A DNA stretch of 64,000 nt, taken from the NCBI RefSeq assembly GCF_001194135.2, contig NC_068984.1, forward strand, positions 122,774,921 through 122,838,920. The letters are read 5' to 3'. How positions within the stretch are numbered: position 1 is the stretch's first letter; each line of letters opens with the position of its first letter. Source of the stretch: Octopus bimaculoides (Eukaryota). Below, piece after piece: positions 1-13,730 of the stretch. The translations under genes and the position numbers were made by a program. A model generated the notes under the pieces. The model was not told the origin of the DNA. It searched no databases and saw only the letters and a program-made list of their open reading frames with translations.

Positions 1-3000
1 ATCAGGCAATATTTCCTGTAACAGCAGAAGAGAGATCTTCTCAAATGTCATAAATCAATTAGAACCACCATATTTAAAGTAATGAGCCCAAGGATCTCTC
101 CTTTCTGTTTCTGAACACTGAAGACATTGTACAATATGCTGCTTGGCCCTTTTATTCTCAATAGTAACAATCTGCAATAATGGCCTATGCAAATTAGATT
201 TTGAATGATTAATCCCTAATTCTTTGAAATTATCTGCCCCCTCCCCACTTTTTTTTTTTCTGGTGAGGAGTCACTAACAGTTGCTGTTAGGTTTTTGTTT
301 TCTTCCTCCTGCTAAGAGGTAAATTTCAATTGGGAATGTTTTACATTAAGCACATCATTCCATGACTTACATCAGTATGGGTTTCTGCTGCTATTATATG
401 TATTGGCAAAGCATGAATGATAGAACATACAGCATTCCTTTCCTAGCTTTAAGTTGATTCTTTATAGAGCTACTATAAAGAATCAACTTAATGGGGGAGC
501 TTTCCATGCAGTGGCATGCATGGTTTGCTAGAAATAACAGATAAATTTTACTTGTATCACACACCGCCATCTTGGAACATCTGTTGTAGTAATTGTTGTT
601 TAGTTTCAGGCCAGCCTTGAACCATCAAACCTATGATCAGAAATATTCCAACTGTGACCATCTCGTCTTTTATTCAGTATATCAGAGAGTGCAGTTTTCA
701 ATGTGTCCTTCCTTTATTATTTTCAAGGGGATAATGAATGATTTCTCTTAGGTCAAGTAAGCACATAGATTGGCTTGTAGGACTGTTGTTGTTGTTGTTA
801 GTACAGCTATTATTGGATAGGCATATCAGTGAGTCATAATAATGTGGTGAAAGATAATTATTATTGTTGATTGGCATCAGACCAGATGAAAAAAAAGAGA
901 GAGATTCTGGTGTGAGGACAGAACTTACTAGAAATTGACATGTACTTTGGCTCTTTGCAGCATTGCTATCAAACCATTTGTGATTGGCATCATACCAGAT
1001 TTATAAAAAGAAAAGTGAGAGAGGATTGATCTTATGATGAAAGCAGAACTTATTTTGTTTGGCATTTCCAAACCCATTTTTTTTAATCCTTTAGATAAAT
1101 ATGTAAATGACTAAATTTTGGGGTGCTGAGTAACTGACCTTGTATACCATAATATTACTTGGAATTAATAAAACTAGTAATGGTTGTGATTGTTGTTCAA
1201 ACTCAGATCAAAGGTACTCCAGTTGCGACCATCCCTTTTTGGGTGGGGTGTTATATGCAAACACATTGGATAAAATTATTTTTGATTTTTTTTAAGATGG
1301 CAAGGAGTGAGGTTTTAGCTGCTATTTCTAGCATCTTTTATGACTTTAGATAGGTTCTCTCCTTAAAAGTCATATTGGTTTGTGTTACTGACTTACTCAG
1401 AATTCTAAGCTCATCTTGTTTCATTGACAACCAGAGTGCAATCCTACTTTTGTTGAATGGTTAGTCGGAAGAAGGACATATATACAGTTGTAAAAATAAT
1501 CATTCTAAAAGTGGTGGGGTAGTCTAAATATGTTGTGTCTGGAGAGAGTCATATTGTCTTAAAGCCTTATCTAATACACTCACTGGTTTGATTTCCAATA
1601 ATTCATTATATTTTTTCTTCCAAAATTTTGGACAAGGTTGCAAAAACAAGGAAAATATTGAAAGAAAAAATATGAGTGGAAATCGAACCAGTGAGTGTGT
1701 TAGATAATAAGGCATTAAAACAATTTGACTCTCCCCAGACACAACATAATTTGCTTCAACACACGAATTCACATAAAGAATCTTGCAAACCAGACACAAA
1801 AACAAAGTGGTCTAAATAGTTTCACATAAATGGCACCTGTACTGGGACCATGTAAATAGCACTCTGTAATGTGGTTGGCATAAGGAAGGGCATCCAGCCC
1901 TACAAAACCATGCCAAAGCAGACAAATGGAGTCTGGTGTAGCTCTCCAGCTTGCCAGTTCCTGTTAAATCATTCTACCCATGCCAGCATGGAAAACAGAC
2001 TTTGAATGATGATGATGATGCAATTCATAGAAACAAACTCAAAATAGTATTCCAGTGTTGAGAGGCTGGAATTCTGAAATGGTACAGGCATAAGCATGTG
2101 GTCAAGAAGTTCACTTCCTGATTACCCATTTCTAGAATTTTATTAGGCTACACCTTTAACAAGTGTTTTCTAATATAACTTCAGCATGACCTATGCCTTG
2201 TGTGTGTGTGCGTGTGCATGCGCACATGTGCATGCGTACATGTGCTCATGTGCATGCAAAGGAATATGGCCTAGTGGTTAAGATGTTGCACTCACAATCT
2301 TGTGATCTTGGTTTCAGTTCCCAGATTAACAGTGCTTTGTGTTCTTGAGCAATATGCTTCATTTCACATTGTTCCAGTCCACTCAGCTAGCTATAAATGA
2401 GTAGCCCTACAACAGACTGCTGTTCCATTCAGGGGGGATGTTGGCCAATGGGCTGGCATCATCCACAAGCTACAACAATGTGAGGAAGTGCATTGTGACC
2501 AGTGGTGTATAACGTCTGATGGTCTGGTTGATACAGTGGTGTATGTGTGTGTCCATTAGTCTAGGATGATCATTCATCTATACATGTATGCACAGACTAG
2601 AAGAAGATATTTTGTTCTTTTTTTTTTTGAGGAAGACTAGCAGTTATCCATGCATTCAAGTTTCCTCTCTCCATGCCAAGGGAAGCACTGATGGCATGGC
2701 CCGGTGCAGCTTCATACCAGTGTTGTCATAGGTATTGGTGTCAGAATGCTAAGTGTGTCTGTGTAAACCAGTGTGTTTAGTTGCATCTCTTCAGAAAAAG
2801 AAATCAATAAAATGAATAGCAGGTAGAAATAAAGTACTTGGGTTTATATCATCAACTAAATCCTCAAAAGTAGTGCCCCAGCGTGGCAGTAAAATAAATT
2901 AAACCGTCAGTTTTTCTGCTTTCTAACTTCAACACAGTTTTTGAGTGAATTATCGCTAAGTACCTAAATTACAAAACCTATTGAACTGTGTGAATTATTC

Positions 3001-6000
3001 CTGTTAACTTAATGTATGACCACCATAGAACAGGCAACAGTAGCACAGCTGTCACCAAAATTTCACCATTCCGTTGACCTTAATTCACCGTTTGCTTGAC
3101 ATTTTCTTGTTTCAGCTTTTATTAGAACTTGTGACAGTATTTAACCATATCTCTAGTTAACCATTGACAAGTGCAATGTCATTGCTGTCTGTTCAGTCCT
3201 CCTTTCCATCATCACAAACGTGACAGCTATGACTTAGTTTCATTTCCCCCCTATTAATATTGTCGACTGGTATAGAAAAGAATGAATGTCATAACATTTA
3301 CCCCCAGACTTCTTTAAACCTCAGATACATGAACTATTTATTGAAGCTGATGAGAGTGCCTCCATGCAATGACATTCATGGCATGCTAGAAACAACAGCT
3401 AAATCTTACTTAAATTCCACTTTGCTATCTTAAAATTAGGGCACATTAAATAGACTATATCTGAAAAAAATAAGTGGTATGGGCATTACTAAAATGCCTT
3501 TCATTGTATATCTACTTGATCAGAGCTGACCTGGGGCAAATCAATAGCAGCAAACAAAAAAATCCAGAAATATCAATAAAGCATTTTAAATTTATATTTC
3601 ATGTCACAGATGTTTTATGCATTATGCTGTTGATTTAGGGAAATAATGGAATACTTAAATATTGAGAAAGAGTTTAAAACAAGTTTGCATAAAATACAAA
3701 TCTTGTATTCATAGTCATCACCACCGTCGTTTAACATGTCCACGTTTCCAAGTGTGCATGAATCAAATGTAATTCACTGAGGCAGATTTTCTATGCTCAG
3801 ATGCCTTTCCTGCCACCAAACCTCACTTGTTTCCAAGTAAGTTAATATGTACCCATAAGTTAGGTAGTTTTTTTTTTATTTACTTTTGTTTTTGTTTTTT
3901 TTTTTCCCTTTTTTTCATGCAAGACTAGAAATGAACAACACTTTTTTTTTTTGCAACAATCTCACAGCCTAGACAAGGGGACGCATATATACAAGGACAC
4001 ACACACACACACACGCACACACAAGCAAACATATGACTGGCACCTTTCAGCTTCTGCCTACAAAATCCACTCACAAGGCTTTGGTCAGCCTCAGGCCTTT
4101 AATAGAAGACTCTTGCCCCAAAAGGTATCATGCAATGAAAATGAACTCAAAACTACACGGTTGGGAAGCAAGATTCTTAACCACACGGTCATGCTTCTCT
4201 TTATTATAGAAAATGAACTTCCAGTCAGTTTAGCTTCCAAAATTATTCAACACACTTCTTTAGTAAAAATTCCTGGAAAGATATTTTTAAAGAGTAATGA
4301 AAAATTGACGTTATACAAATATGTGGATGTGTGAGTGTATGAGAGAGAGAGAGAGAGGTAACAGTATTATGTATCACATATCTGTACCTAAAGATTTTGT
4401 AAAATCATTCTTATGCTCGTCAGATTCTTGAGAAGAGCAAAAAAAATTATAATTTCTACTTGCGTAGATGGAGAGTTTTAGTAAGTGAAGGCTGAACTAT
4501 CTAATTAACATTCCTGTTTATGTGATGAGTGGTAGCATCCTGAATGTGTAATTGGTATTCTAGATTTTTTACATGATTGCTTTTAAATCTCCCTCAAATC
4601 ACACCTTACTGTCTTCTTAAAATTGGAAGGACTCTTCGGTAATCTAGTCTTACATACACATGTATGTACTTGTGTGTGGTACACTCCCTATATATTGATA
4701 TACTGTTTATTCTCTAGGTAGGTAGGTAGGTAGGTAGGTAGATAGATAGATAGATAGATAGACAGACATATGTATATATGGTGTGTGTGTGTGTGTGTAA
4801 AGGGCAATCTCTATGTAGTTACTTGACTTGTTAGAATTGTACCTAACTCTGCTTCACATTACATGCTACTGTCTTAGGAAAAATAAAGACACGCTAGACA
4901 ATGTCATCCTAGATAAATTGTGTCTTCATAAATGGTGGAATAGTCACAACTGGAACAGCTTATGCTAATAAATATGCTGGGTTAGGACTGATCTGAGACT
5001 GTAGCCATTCTCTCTCCAATTCACACACTACCTGTGCTGAAATCTCAAGGTCACTTTGTTGAATTCATACTCCTTCTGAACCAGAATTGAACCCACATCC
5101 AGAGTTTTCACTGTATACCATACTGCCTATCTTTATAGATATAATAAACATGTATAATGTTCAGTGTACTATATGGACTACAGAGTTTTCCCCCTTTTGA
5201 ACAGGTTTTTCTTTCCTCTATGCATCAGTGTGTAGTGAAGTGTGTGTATTGGAGCAGGGCGCGCAATGTGTTTTTAACGTTCGTATTTGTATACCTGTAG
5301 GTGTAAGAAGCATGCATGAGTTCCTCTTTGTAAATGTGTACATGTGTGTGCATTACTTTATGCATATGTGTACATGTGTGTGCTTTACTCTATGCATACT
5401 TCTGTGTGTTATAAGTGTTTCATGCTACTTATATACTACAGGTGATGGTTGTAGTAATTTTAGTGGAACTAATAGTAATATTGGTAATGGTGGTGGTGTA
5501 GATTCTTTTTTTCTGCCTTTTTTTTTAATTTACGTTTTCTTCTAAAATAACTAATGTATGTATTCCTGATAACTATTACTACCCATCATTATTACTACTA
5601 CTACTACTACTATTACTACTACTACTACTACTACTACTACTATAGTGCTCAGCTTCTATTTTTAAGCTAGTTAATGATAATTAGCTTTCCAGATGTAATT
5701 CATTTTTCACTTTCAGTTTTTGTTGCTATTGAAACCACACACCCCTGGTTAACGCCCAACCATGTACATTGATATTAAGTTTGTGGGGTGAAGGCAACTA
5801 CAGAGAATAGGTAATCCTCATCTAAGCTAGCTGTCATCTATGTAGCTGCTATTATCTTCGTAGCTGTCATCACTAACATCACAAATCCAGTATTATGTTT
5901 GGAAGTCATTCACTATTTTCTTTCATTTTTTCTGTCTTGTTTACTTCAATTCATTTCAGTCTAAACCTGTAATTATGGATTCTTCCCACTTTTCTTTCCA

Positions 6001-7357
6001 AAACAGCATCACATGATACTGAATATATGACTATAGAGAACAGTTATATCACACATACATAGTGTAGCTAGCCTGATTTCTTATACAGTATAATGTAAAT
6101 GTTCTCTGCATAAATTATATCAGTGAGTGTAGATAGCTGTTCTAGATTGGGTGCCTCTGTAACTAGACAGGGCATGTCAGGAACAGAGAGGTTAGCAGCT
6201 CATATTCTACCAATGGCACTGTGATACCTGTTTATACCTAAGTGGCCCAACTCACATGGGTGTAAATAGGTAGCACATGATACAAATAATGCTAAAACTG
6301 GTTTGTTAGCTTAAGCTTAAAGTTTTCAGTTTAAATCCTCCAGAACAATGGAGGAAGCACTTTTGCACTTAGTCTCAGATCAGGATTCTCATAAGCATTT
6401 TAGAGTCACCTTACCAATAAATTCAAACCCTGGTGCCGATTAAAGGTTATCGGTGATGATGTGATGGTTTCTGTGTGTGTGTTCAGCAATCCATTCTATA
6501 CATTAAACTCGCCACAGGTGGGGCAATTACCACCAGAGTGAACACCTTCCTGTACCACAAGAAATACACTCACCAGTTACACATATCAATGTGGAGGATA
6601 CTAACCTGGTATATAATTGTCCTAATTCACTGAGAAATGTTTTGCGATATTATATATTGCTTTCAAATTTTGGTACAAGGTCAACAAGTTTGGCGGAACA
6701 GATAAGCTGATTATATTGACCCCCCCCCCCCNNNNNNNNNNNNNNNNNNNNNNNNNNNATCGTATTTATTTTAACGATCTCATAAGGATGAGAGGCAAAG
6801 TCAACCTCAACAGAATTTGAATTCCGAACATAAAGATGGACAAAATGCTGCCCAGCGGGCAAATGAGTCAGCCAGCTTGCTGCCTTATTTTACAATATTA
6901 TATATTAGTAAATGGTTTTGATTCAGCAGGTGCAGTGTTATGAAGTTTAGGAGAGAAGTGTAATTGCTTGTATCAACCCCAGTACATTGCTGGTATTTAT
7001 TTCTTGGAACATAAAATGTAGGATGGTGAGAGTAATAGTATTGAAATATTTTGTCTGCTGTCCTACTGTGATTGACTATTCAACATTCTCTCGTGACGTC
7101 CAAGTTGATCTTGACTGAATTAAAGTATCAATCAGGTATTGAGGTCAGTGGCATTGACTAACCCCCTCCTCTCAAAATAAAAACACTTTGCCTTTCATCC
7201 TTTTTGGGGGTCAATGTAATCACCTTACTCTATCTCTTCTTAAAATTTCAGGCCTTGTGCCTATAGTAGAAATTATTATTGTTTTATTTTGTTTTTGTGT
7301 TTGTAACTCATCCTTTGATAGTGTCCTTCATGTCTTGGGTGCTTGTGGCCAATAAAA

Positions 7358-7388
<31 letters not shown>

Positions 7389-7601
7389 CAGTGTGCTGGC
7401 AGAGCGCGCCAGGCAAAATGCTTCACTGCATTTTATCCATCTTTGCGTACTGTGTTCAAATTTCGCCAAGGTTGACTTTGCCTTTCCTCCTTCTTGGATT
7501 GATAAAATAAGTGCTGGTTGAGCATTAGGGTCGATGTAATCAACTAGCCATCCCTCCCCCAAAATTGCTGGCCTTGTGCCAAAATTATTATTATTATTAT
7601 T

Positions 7602-8277
7602 CTGAAAGACTCTTGGATAGTTCTTAATTACCAGTTATTCTTTACTTGAAAGTAGGTAATAACAAATGACCAAAGGTTTCACGTAGTGCCTTCTCCTGTG
7701 ACTCAAAGAGACAATACTCTCCTTAGAATGCGAGCTGTACTCAACAATGCTATCTTCTGGATCACTTTGAGCCTGACAGCAGCTCTAGTATTCTTAATAT
7801 GTTTTCAAAGCCCTTGGAAACTGCTCCTAATGTTCCAATTATCACCAGTATCACCATTACTTTCCTTGTGCCCCATAACTTTCCTATCTTGTCCTGCAGT
7901 GGGTGGTATTTCTCAGTCTTTTCTGTTTCCTTACATTTCACCCTTGAATCGCCTGGTATTGTAACACCTATTATCTTCTTTTTCATCTTTATGGATGAGC
8001 ACGATATCTGGTCATCTCGCTTCTATGACTTGGTCGTACTGCATGTTAAAATCTCAGAGTATTTTGTAATGTTCGTTTTCCATTACTCCCTCTGGCGTGT
8101 GTTCATACTATTGTTCAGTTCTCTCGAGGTTTGCTTTACTGCACAACAGCCAGTGGACATATCTGGCCACATTGTCATGTCTCCTTTTGAATTCATGTTG
8201 TGCAAGCTTACAGCACTCACTAACAATATAACTTATACTTTCTCCCTTCTCAGAGCACATCCTACACAGTGGCGATA
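7602..8277 (-). mobile_element. 5'-truncated, decayed non-LTR retrotransposon with restriction-like endonuclease (R4/Dong-like)
   Basis: Minus strand reads SPLCRMCSEKGESISYIVSECCKLAQHEFKRRHDNVARYVHWLLC (CCHC-type knuckle) ... YEHTPEGVMENEHYKIL*DFNMQYDQVIEAR*PDIVLI ... VTIPGDSRVKCKETEKTEKY ... LWGTRKVMVILVIIGTLGAVSK ... IQKIALLSTARILRRVLSL*, with stops and frameshifts. (TTA)n tracts on both sides. Confidence 0.88.
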
Positions 8278-8921
8278 TTATTATTATCATTATTATTATT
8301 ATTGTTGTTGTTGGTTTCATACCTGGGTATAATTTCAGCAGCAATTACACACTTGATGCTGCTATTTGTTCTAATTTTTTTTTCTCCGTATATATGTGCA
8401 TTTACACAACTGTATTTTTGAGTGTTATCTATATTTATACTGTATGTGTATTTGTTTATGCATATATATATATACTCACGCAAATGTATATTTATGTACG
8501 TTTATCTGCATATATATAAATTAACAAAAAAAGTTTTTTACTTTTCTACATTTACTTGTGTGTATACATGTGTACATATATACACACACATACATATGTG
8601 CTTGTTTGTGTAAGTGTCTGTATGGACATTTGTTTGTCAGTATGTAGGCTCTTGTGTGTGTGCATTGGTGGGGGGTGATAATTTGTAACACTCTCTTAAA
8701 AGATGGCTTATGAAAGAACATAACTAATGTGCTCACCGTTTCCACAGACCTGAAGCATCAGCTGGGTGTACAGTTTCAGCAAGAAACTACCTTCCTCACC
8801 CACCCATCCTCCCTGTATAGTAGTAATGGTACAGCCTCCTCCAAGTTTGGTGAATGTACTTTCATCTGCTTCTCTACATAAGTTTTCTCCCTCACCCTCC
8901 TTGTATACAATAACTGTGTGA

Positions 8922-8960
<39 letters not shown>

Positions 8961-9503
8961 CCTGTACCTGTACCTGTAAAGAACTGTAAGGGATTCTATG
9001 TTGAGATTGCTGAAGGGGTGTGCAGGGTGGGTACTTTGAAGTATTGCTGACATTAACAGGCACCCCTTACTATTTGGTACCACTACTTTTGTTAAGTTTT
9101 ACCATCCTAGTGGTTCGGTTCATTTTGTGGTTGTCTCATTTCTACTCAGTCTCCTCCTCCTCCCACCTCTCCTTCCTACACCTTTGCTGGAGCGACAATT
9201 CTAACTTGCCGTACTTAACTTTCGTTCGTTCGCTCGATGCCACATACGTCTTAGTTGTTTGGTTATGGGCTCCTCTGTGTTGGTGCTAACCTATGCCGTT
9301 TGAAGTTGGACTGGTCTCTTGAGAGTGGACTAATCTATAGATTTTCGCAACACTGTTGTTGGAATTTGATTACCAAAGGTGTAGATATTGGTATTCCGCA
9401 CATTGTTTGGGTAATCTTTTTAGTTTAATCTCTGTTAATCACTTGAACTTTATACAAATTACCCATCCCACACACACACCAAGGATAAATTCAGGTGTAA
9501 GTT

Positions 9504-9527
9504 ATGCTGAAAAAGTGGATTTCTTGG
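9504..9527 (+). CDS. Candidate coding part of an alternative first exon of ankyrin (MLKKWISW)
   Basis: ATG CTG AAA AAG TGG ATT TCT TGG is followed by a consensus donor GTAAGT (9528-33) in phase 0, compatible with the phase-0 acceptor at 35475. It lies at the end of a SINE-poor stretch containing CpGs. No homology support. Confidence 0.25.
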
Positions 9528-9637
9528 GTAAGTGAAGAATTTCTTATGACTGTCTACATGTGTATTTGCATGTATGTGTGTGTCTGCAGTGTATGTGTGT
9601 GTCTGCAGTGTATGCGTCTGTGTCTATATGTTTCTGT

Positions 9638-9686
<49 letters not shown>

Positions 9687-10166
9687 ACTGCAACAATAAT
9701 AAGTGGAATGGGGAGAGAAAATTTTTTTATGCCGTTTTTCGACCATAACTGGCTAAGGTTGAGAGGAAATGTAACGGTTAACTGTTCTCCTCTTAGAAAA
9801 CGTGTATAGCGATGAGGATGAAGATGGTGGTGGTGGTGGTGGTGGTGGTGGAGGTAAAAATGATAATGAGGATGGCGGTGTTGCTCCTATTTATAGCAAT
9901 GCTTTTCTCAGATATTCTGCAGTTATGTTAAGTGAGATAGATAGCTTGACTTTTTATGTAGAGTTTGTTACTAGCTGGGAAGCAAGAAGCAAGAAAAGAA
10001 TGGGGAGGGATAGGGGTTTAAGGACCTCAGGTGAGTGGGGGGTGGGGCACAGAATAGAGCAGGGTTGTAATGTTTATAATTCATTTTTGCATTTGTTTGT
10101 TTGTTTATTAAAAATGTAACATTTAAACNNNNNNNNNNCTCTATCTCTCTCTTTTTCTCTCTCTCT

Positions 10167-10213
<47 letters not shown>

Positions 10214-12254
10214 GCGCACATACATATACACATATGTATACAAAATATTAACCTAAAAAAATCCAATCTAACCTTGTTGACCTTTCCTAACCCTTCACCA
10301 CCCTTTCATTCCTTCAGTGTAGAACAGTTCTACACAGGTATTTACCCTGCCTCCTTCCTTCAAATACCAACACACACCACACATGCACTGTAATTGATGT
10401 GTTAGATGCCAGTTCTTTACATTCTGAGNNNNNNNNNNNNNNNNNNNNNNNNNNNNNNNNNNNNNNNNNNNNNNNNNNNNNNNNNNNNNNNNNNNNNNNN
10501 NNNNNNNNNNNNNNNNNNNNNNNNNNNNNNNNNNNNNNNNNNNNNNNNNNNNNNNNNNNNNNNNNNNNNNNNNNNNNNNNNNNNNNNNNNNNNNNNNNNN
10601 NNNNNNNNNNNNNNNNNNNNNNNNNNNNNNNNNNNNNNNNNNNNNNNNNNNNNNNNNNNNNNNNNNNTTTTTATCTTTGTATGCTATGCATATGTCCTTT
10701 TTTCAGTGTATACCACGTATACTTTTTGTTTTTATCATTTCATTATTATATGTAAACCCCCACACTTTTGTCTCTCTGTATTGTCCCCCTCATCCTTTGC
10801 CCTTGTGGCAAATAAATCTAATCATTATTATGCAACCAGCTGGCAGAATTGTTACTATGCTGGACAAAGTGCTACTAAGCATTTTTTTCCGACCTTATGT
10901 TCTGAGTTTAAATTCCCTTGAGGTCAACTTTGTCTTTCAGCTTTTCAGTGTTGATAAAATAAGTACCAGTCAAGTACTGGAGTTAATGGAAATGGACTCC
11001 CCCCNNNNNNNNNNCACCCACCCACCTCTTCCACCAAATTTCAGACCTTGTGCCTATAGTAGAAAGGAAGAAAATGCCTTGCAGTATGTTTCCTATCTAT
11101 TTAATTTGAGCGATCAAATCCTGCTGGAGTTTATTTGCACTGGGATCAATAAAACAAAATGCCAGTCAAGTACCAGAGTCAGTTTAATCAACAAAGTCTC
11201 ACTTGCCAAATTTGTGGCCTTGTGCACACATTAGAGATAATAATTATTATTATTATTATCGTCATTGTAATGTTCTAGAGGCTAGCTCTTATGTAGCAGT
11301 TTTTGTTTGGCCCAGATTTGTGATCAGATATTCCAGCTGTGACCATTGAATCATTTCTTCAGTTATTTAACTGCTGTTTCTAGCAATGACATAGAGGGCT
11401 CTGTGGTTTGGTCATCTAGTGTAAAGTGTTGTACAGATAAAAGCCTTTAAATTCTGTGAACATTGCTCCTCCTCCTCCTTAACTATGTAAAAAAAAAAAA
11501 ACTTTTAGAAATTCTTATTGTGAGATAACCACACACACACACACACACATAGACTTTCCTCCCCATTGTCATCTGATATGTTGTTACTTACACCTTAATT
11601 AATTAATTATTTGACTTTCCACTACTTTTGAAATTTGCTGTAAGTGCCAAAGCTTTTTGGTAATTCAGTTCCACTTGGGTGGAGCTATACAATCAAACTG
11701 ACAACTTGTGTTTGTTGTTCTAGTATGCCTCTTCTTAATATTGTGTTTGTGTGTGAATTGGTCAAGCAGATAAACTTACTCTTCTTTTAATTTTGTCTTA
11801 ATTCAAACCCACTCCAGAACAAATGTTTCATTAAAAATTAATGCTATGAGCCTCAGTTTTGTTTTTGTATTCATTTTACATGTTTTCTGTACTTGTATGG
11901 GTGCAGCAGTGTGACTAGAGTGTGTGCCGCCCAGAGTGGCCCTTTGTTTTGCTGTCCCTGGGCCCCCCACAAAAGATACATATGGCACACTGACTATATC
12001 GATTGTTGCATTTAATGGTGAGTAGTGTCCATGTCCTGACATTAAAACCACTTGATTTCAATACAGCCTATATAGGTTTATAGCATACAACAGACCCCCC
12101 CATAAAAATTCCACTCAGGGCAGACGACCCCGCTCTAGCTATGCTAGTTTATGGGTGGGACAGTATATTTGTTGGAGCAATTCTTTTTATAGCTTGGTGG
12201 ATGGTGGTCCCCCATTCCTACAATAACTGACTCAGCCATGAGCTAAAATGGAGA

Positions 12255-12294
<40 letters not shown>

Positions 12295-12719
12295 GGGCCT
12301 ACTGCCCAGACTGTGTAACCACTAATTTACACTAACAACACAACTCCCATGCATGTGAATGAGGGCCCTCTACAATCTCACTCAACGTTATAAAAATAAC
12401 ACCAAAATCGCCTTTGAATCATACCCTGTAGTCTTGCAAAAAAAGAGGGGCATATTGGATAATGTAGCCTTAGATACACAGATGCAGTAGGACTGGATGC
12501 TTGTGTGTGGAATGCTTTTGAACATAGTCTGACTTGGGGCTAAACAACCACTGGTTGTAGTCTCAGATGCAAAATGTTCAAGAGAAAAACTGGTTGATCA
12601 TGACTGGAACCCCTTTGTTCAGAGCTATTTTAGTCAAGACTGATACAGACCTAAATAACAGCCCAATTTATACATGATTTGCCTTTAATCAGTTCACCCA
12701 ACTATCAAAAATAATTAAT

Positions 12720-13271
12720 TTAGCCCTTCAGCATTTAAACTGGTCATATTCAACCCAAATATTCTACCTGTTTTATGTTCAAACCAGCCAGATCCTGTCT
12801 CTCACACCTACTTTGCAATATCATTCTAAATATAGATAAGCCACATTATTGAGATCTCGAAGCTACAAGATAAAGCATGCTTAATTTTAACAAATGTGAA
12901 TAAATAAGTATTATATTTGACAGAGTAATCTGAATGCTAAAGGGTTAACCAGATCTTTTGGAGAAAGTTGCTGCCAGTGTATCAAGATTTTCTATTGATT
13001 GAGGGAACAGTAATTCTCCCTCCCTCCCTCCCTCTTTCTTTCTTAAACCCTTTAGCATTTAAACTGGCCATATCCAGCTCAGATGTTCTACCTGTTTTAT
13101 GTTCAAACTAGCCAGATCCAGCATCTCTCATCTACTTTACAAGGTCATTATAAAATAAACGAGCATGTCATCAAAATCTCAAAGCTACAAAATAATTCAT
13201 GATTAATGAAAAACAGTGTGACTAAATAAACATTACATTTGATATAGTAATCTGAATACTTCAAGAGTTAG
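12720..13271. mobile_element. Two adjacent same-orientation copies of piggyBac-like MITE family 1
   Basis: Both start ccctt(c/t)agcatttaaactgg.cat and end gtaatctgaat(g/a)ct, separated by ~95 bp. Confidence 0.75.
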
Positions 13272-13730
13272 TGCCATGAAGCTGGTGTGGAATTTGAATT
13301 CACCTTTCACAGTCTGCTGGCTGTTTATTTTCCTCCATTTACACATCAGAAAAAATATTTTTAAAAGGTAAAAACAGCAACAGTACTAGCAAATTCTGTA
13401 AATATTATTGGTTTATAGTTCTGCTAGTTTGGTATGGTGGCACCAATTTAGGTGACTGCTGAGAATGGTCTTGATTTTCCAAATAATGTATCTAATAGAG
13501 ATAGCTCCTCTTATAAAACATTCGTTTTCCATCTTTTTTTTAATCTGCACTCTCCCTCTCATTTCCACCCACCCCAACCCCCACTTTCTACAGTATGTCT
13601 ATTGGGGAAAGATCCTAAATACTTTCTTGCTGTCCTATTAACATCTCTCTCTCTTTCTCTCTCACTTTCTCTCTCACTTTCTCTCTCTCTTTCTCTCTCT
13701 TTCTCTCTCTCTCTCTCTTGTATATATATT

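Noticed and set aside
6430-6600. Minus-strand CPTCGE...GLLNTH, possibly the C-terminal zinc finger of an RTE LINE
   Set aside because: Too short and interrupted by a stop to support by eye.
7799-8332. 177-aa hydrophobic + strand ORF that looks like a membrane protein
   Set aside because: It is the antisense of the R4/Dong-like element.
9497-9502. Another GTAAGT donor 31 nt upstream of the MLKKWISW donor
   Set aside because: No in-frame ATG before the stop at 9338-9340 in phase 0. It could only serve a non-coding exon, which the ATG-less 35475 exon could not initiate from.
11900-12150. GC-rich segment with possible degenerate hAT-type TIRs
   Set aside because: Termini match only weakly and no TSD is evident.
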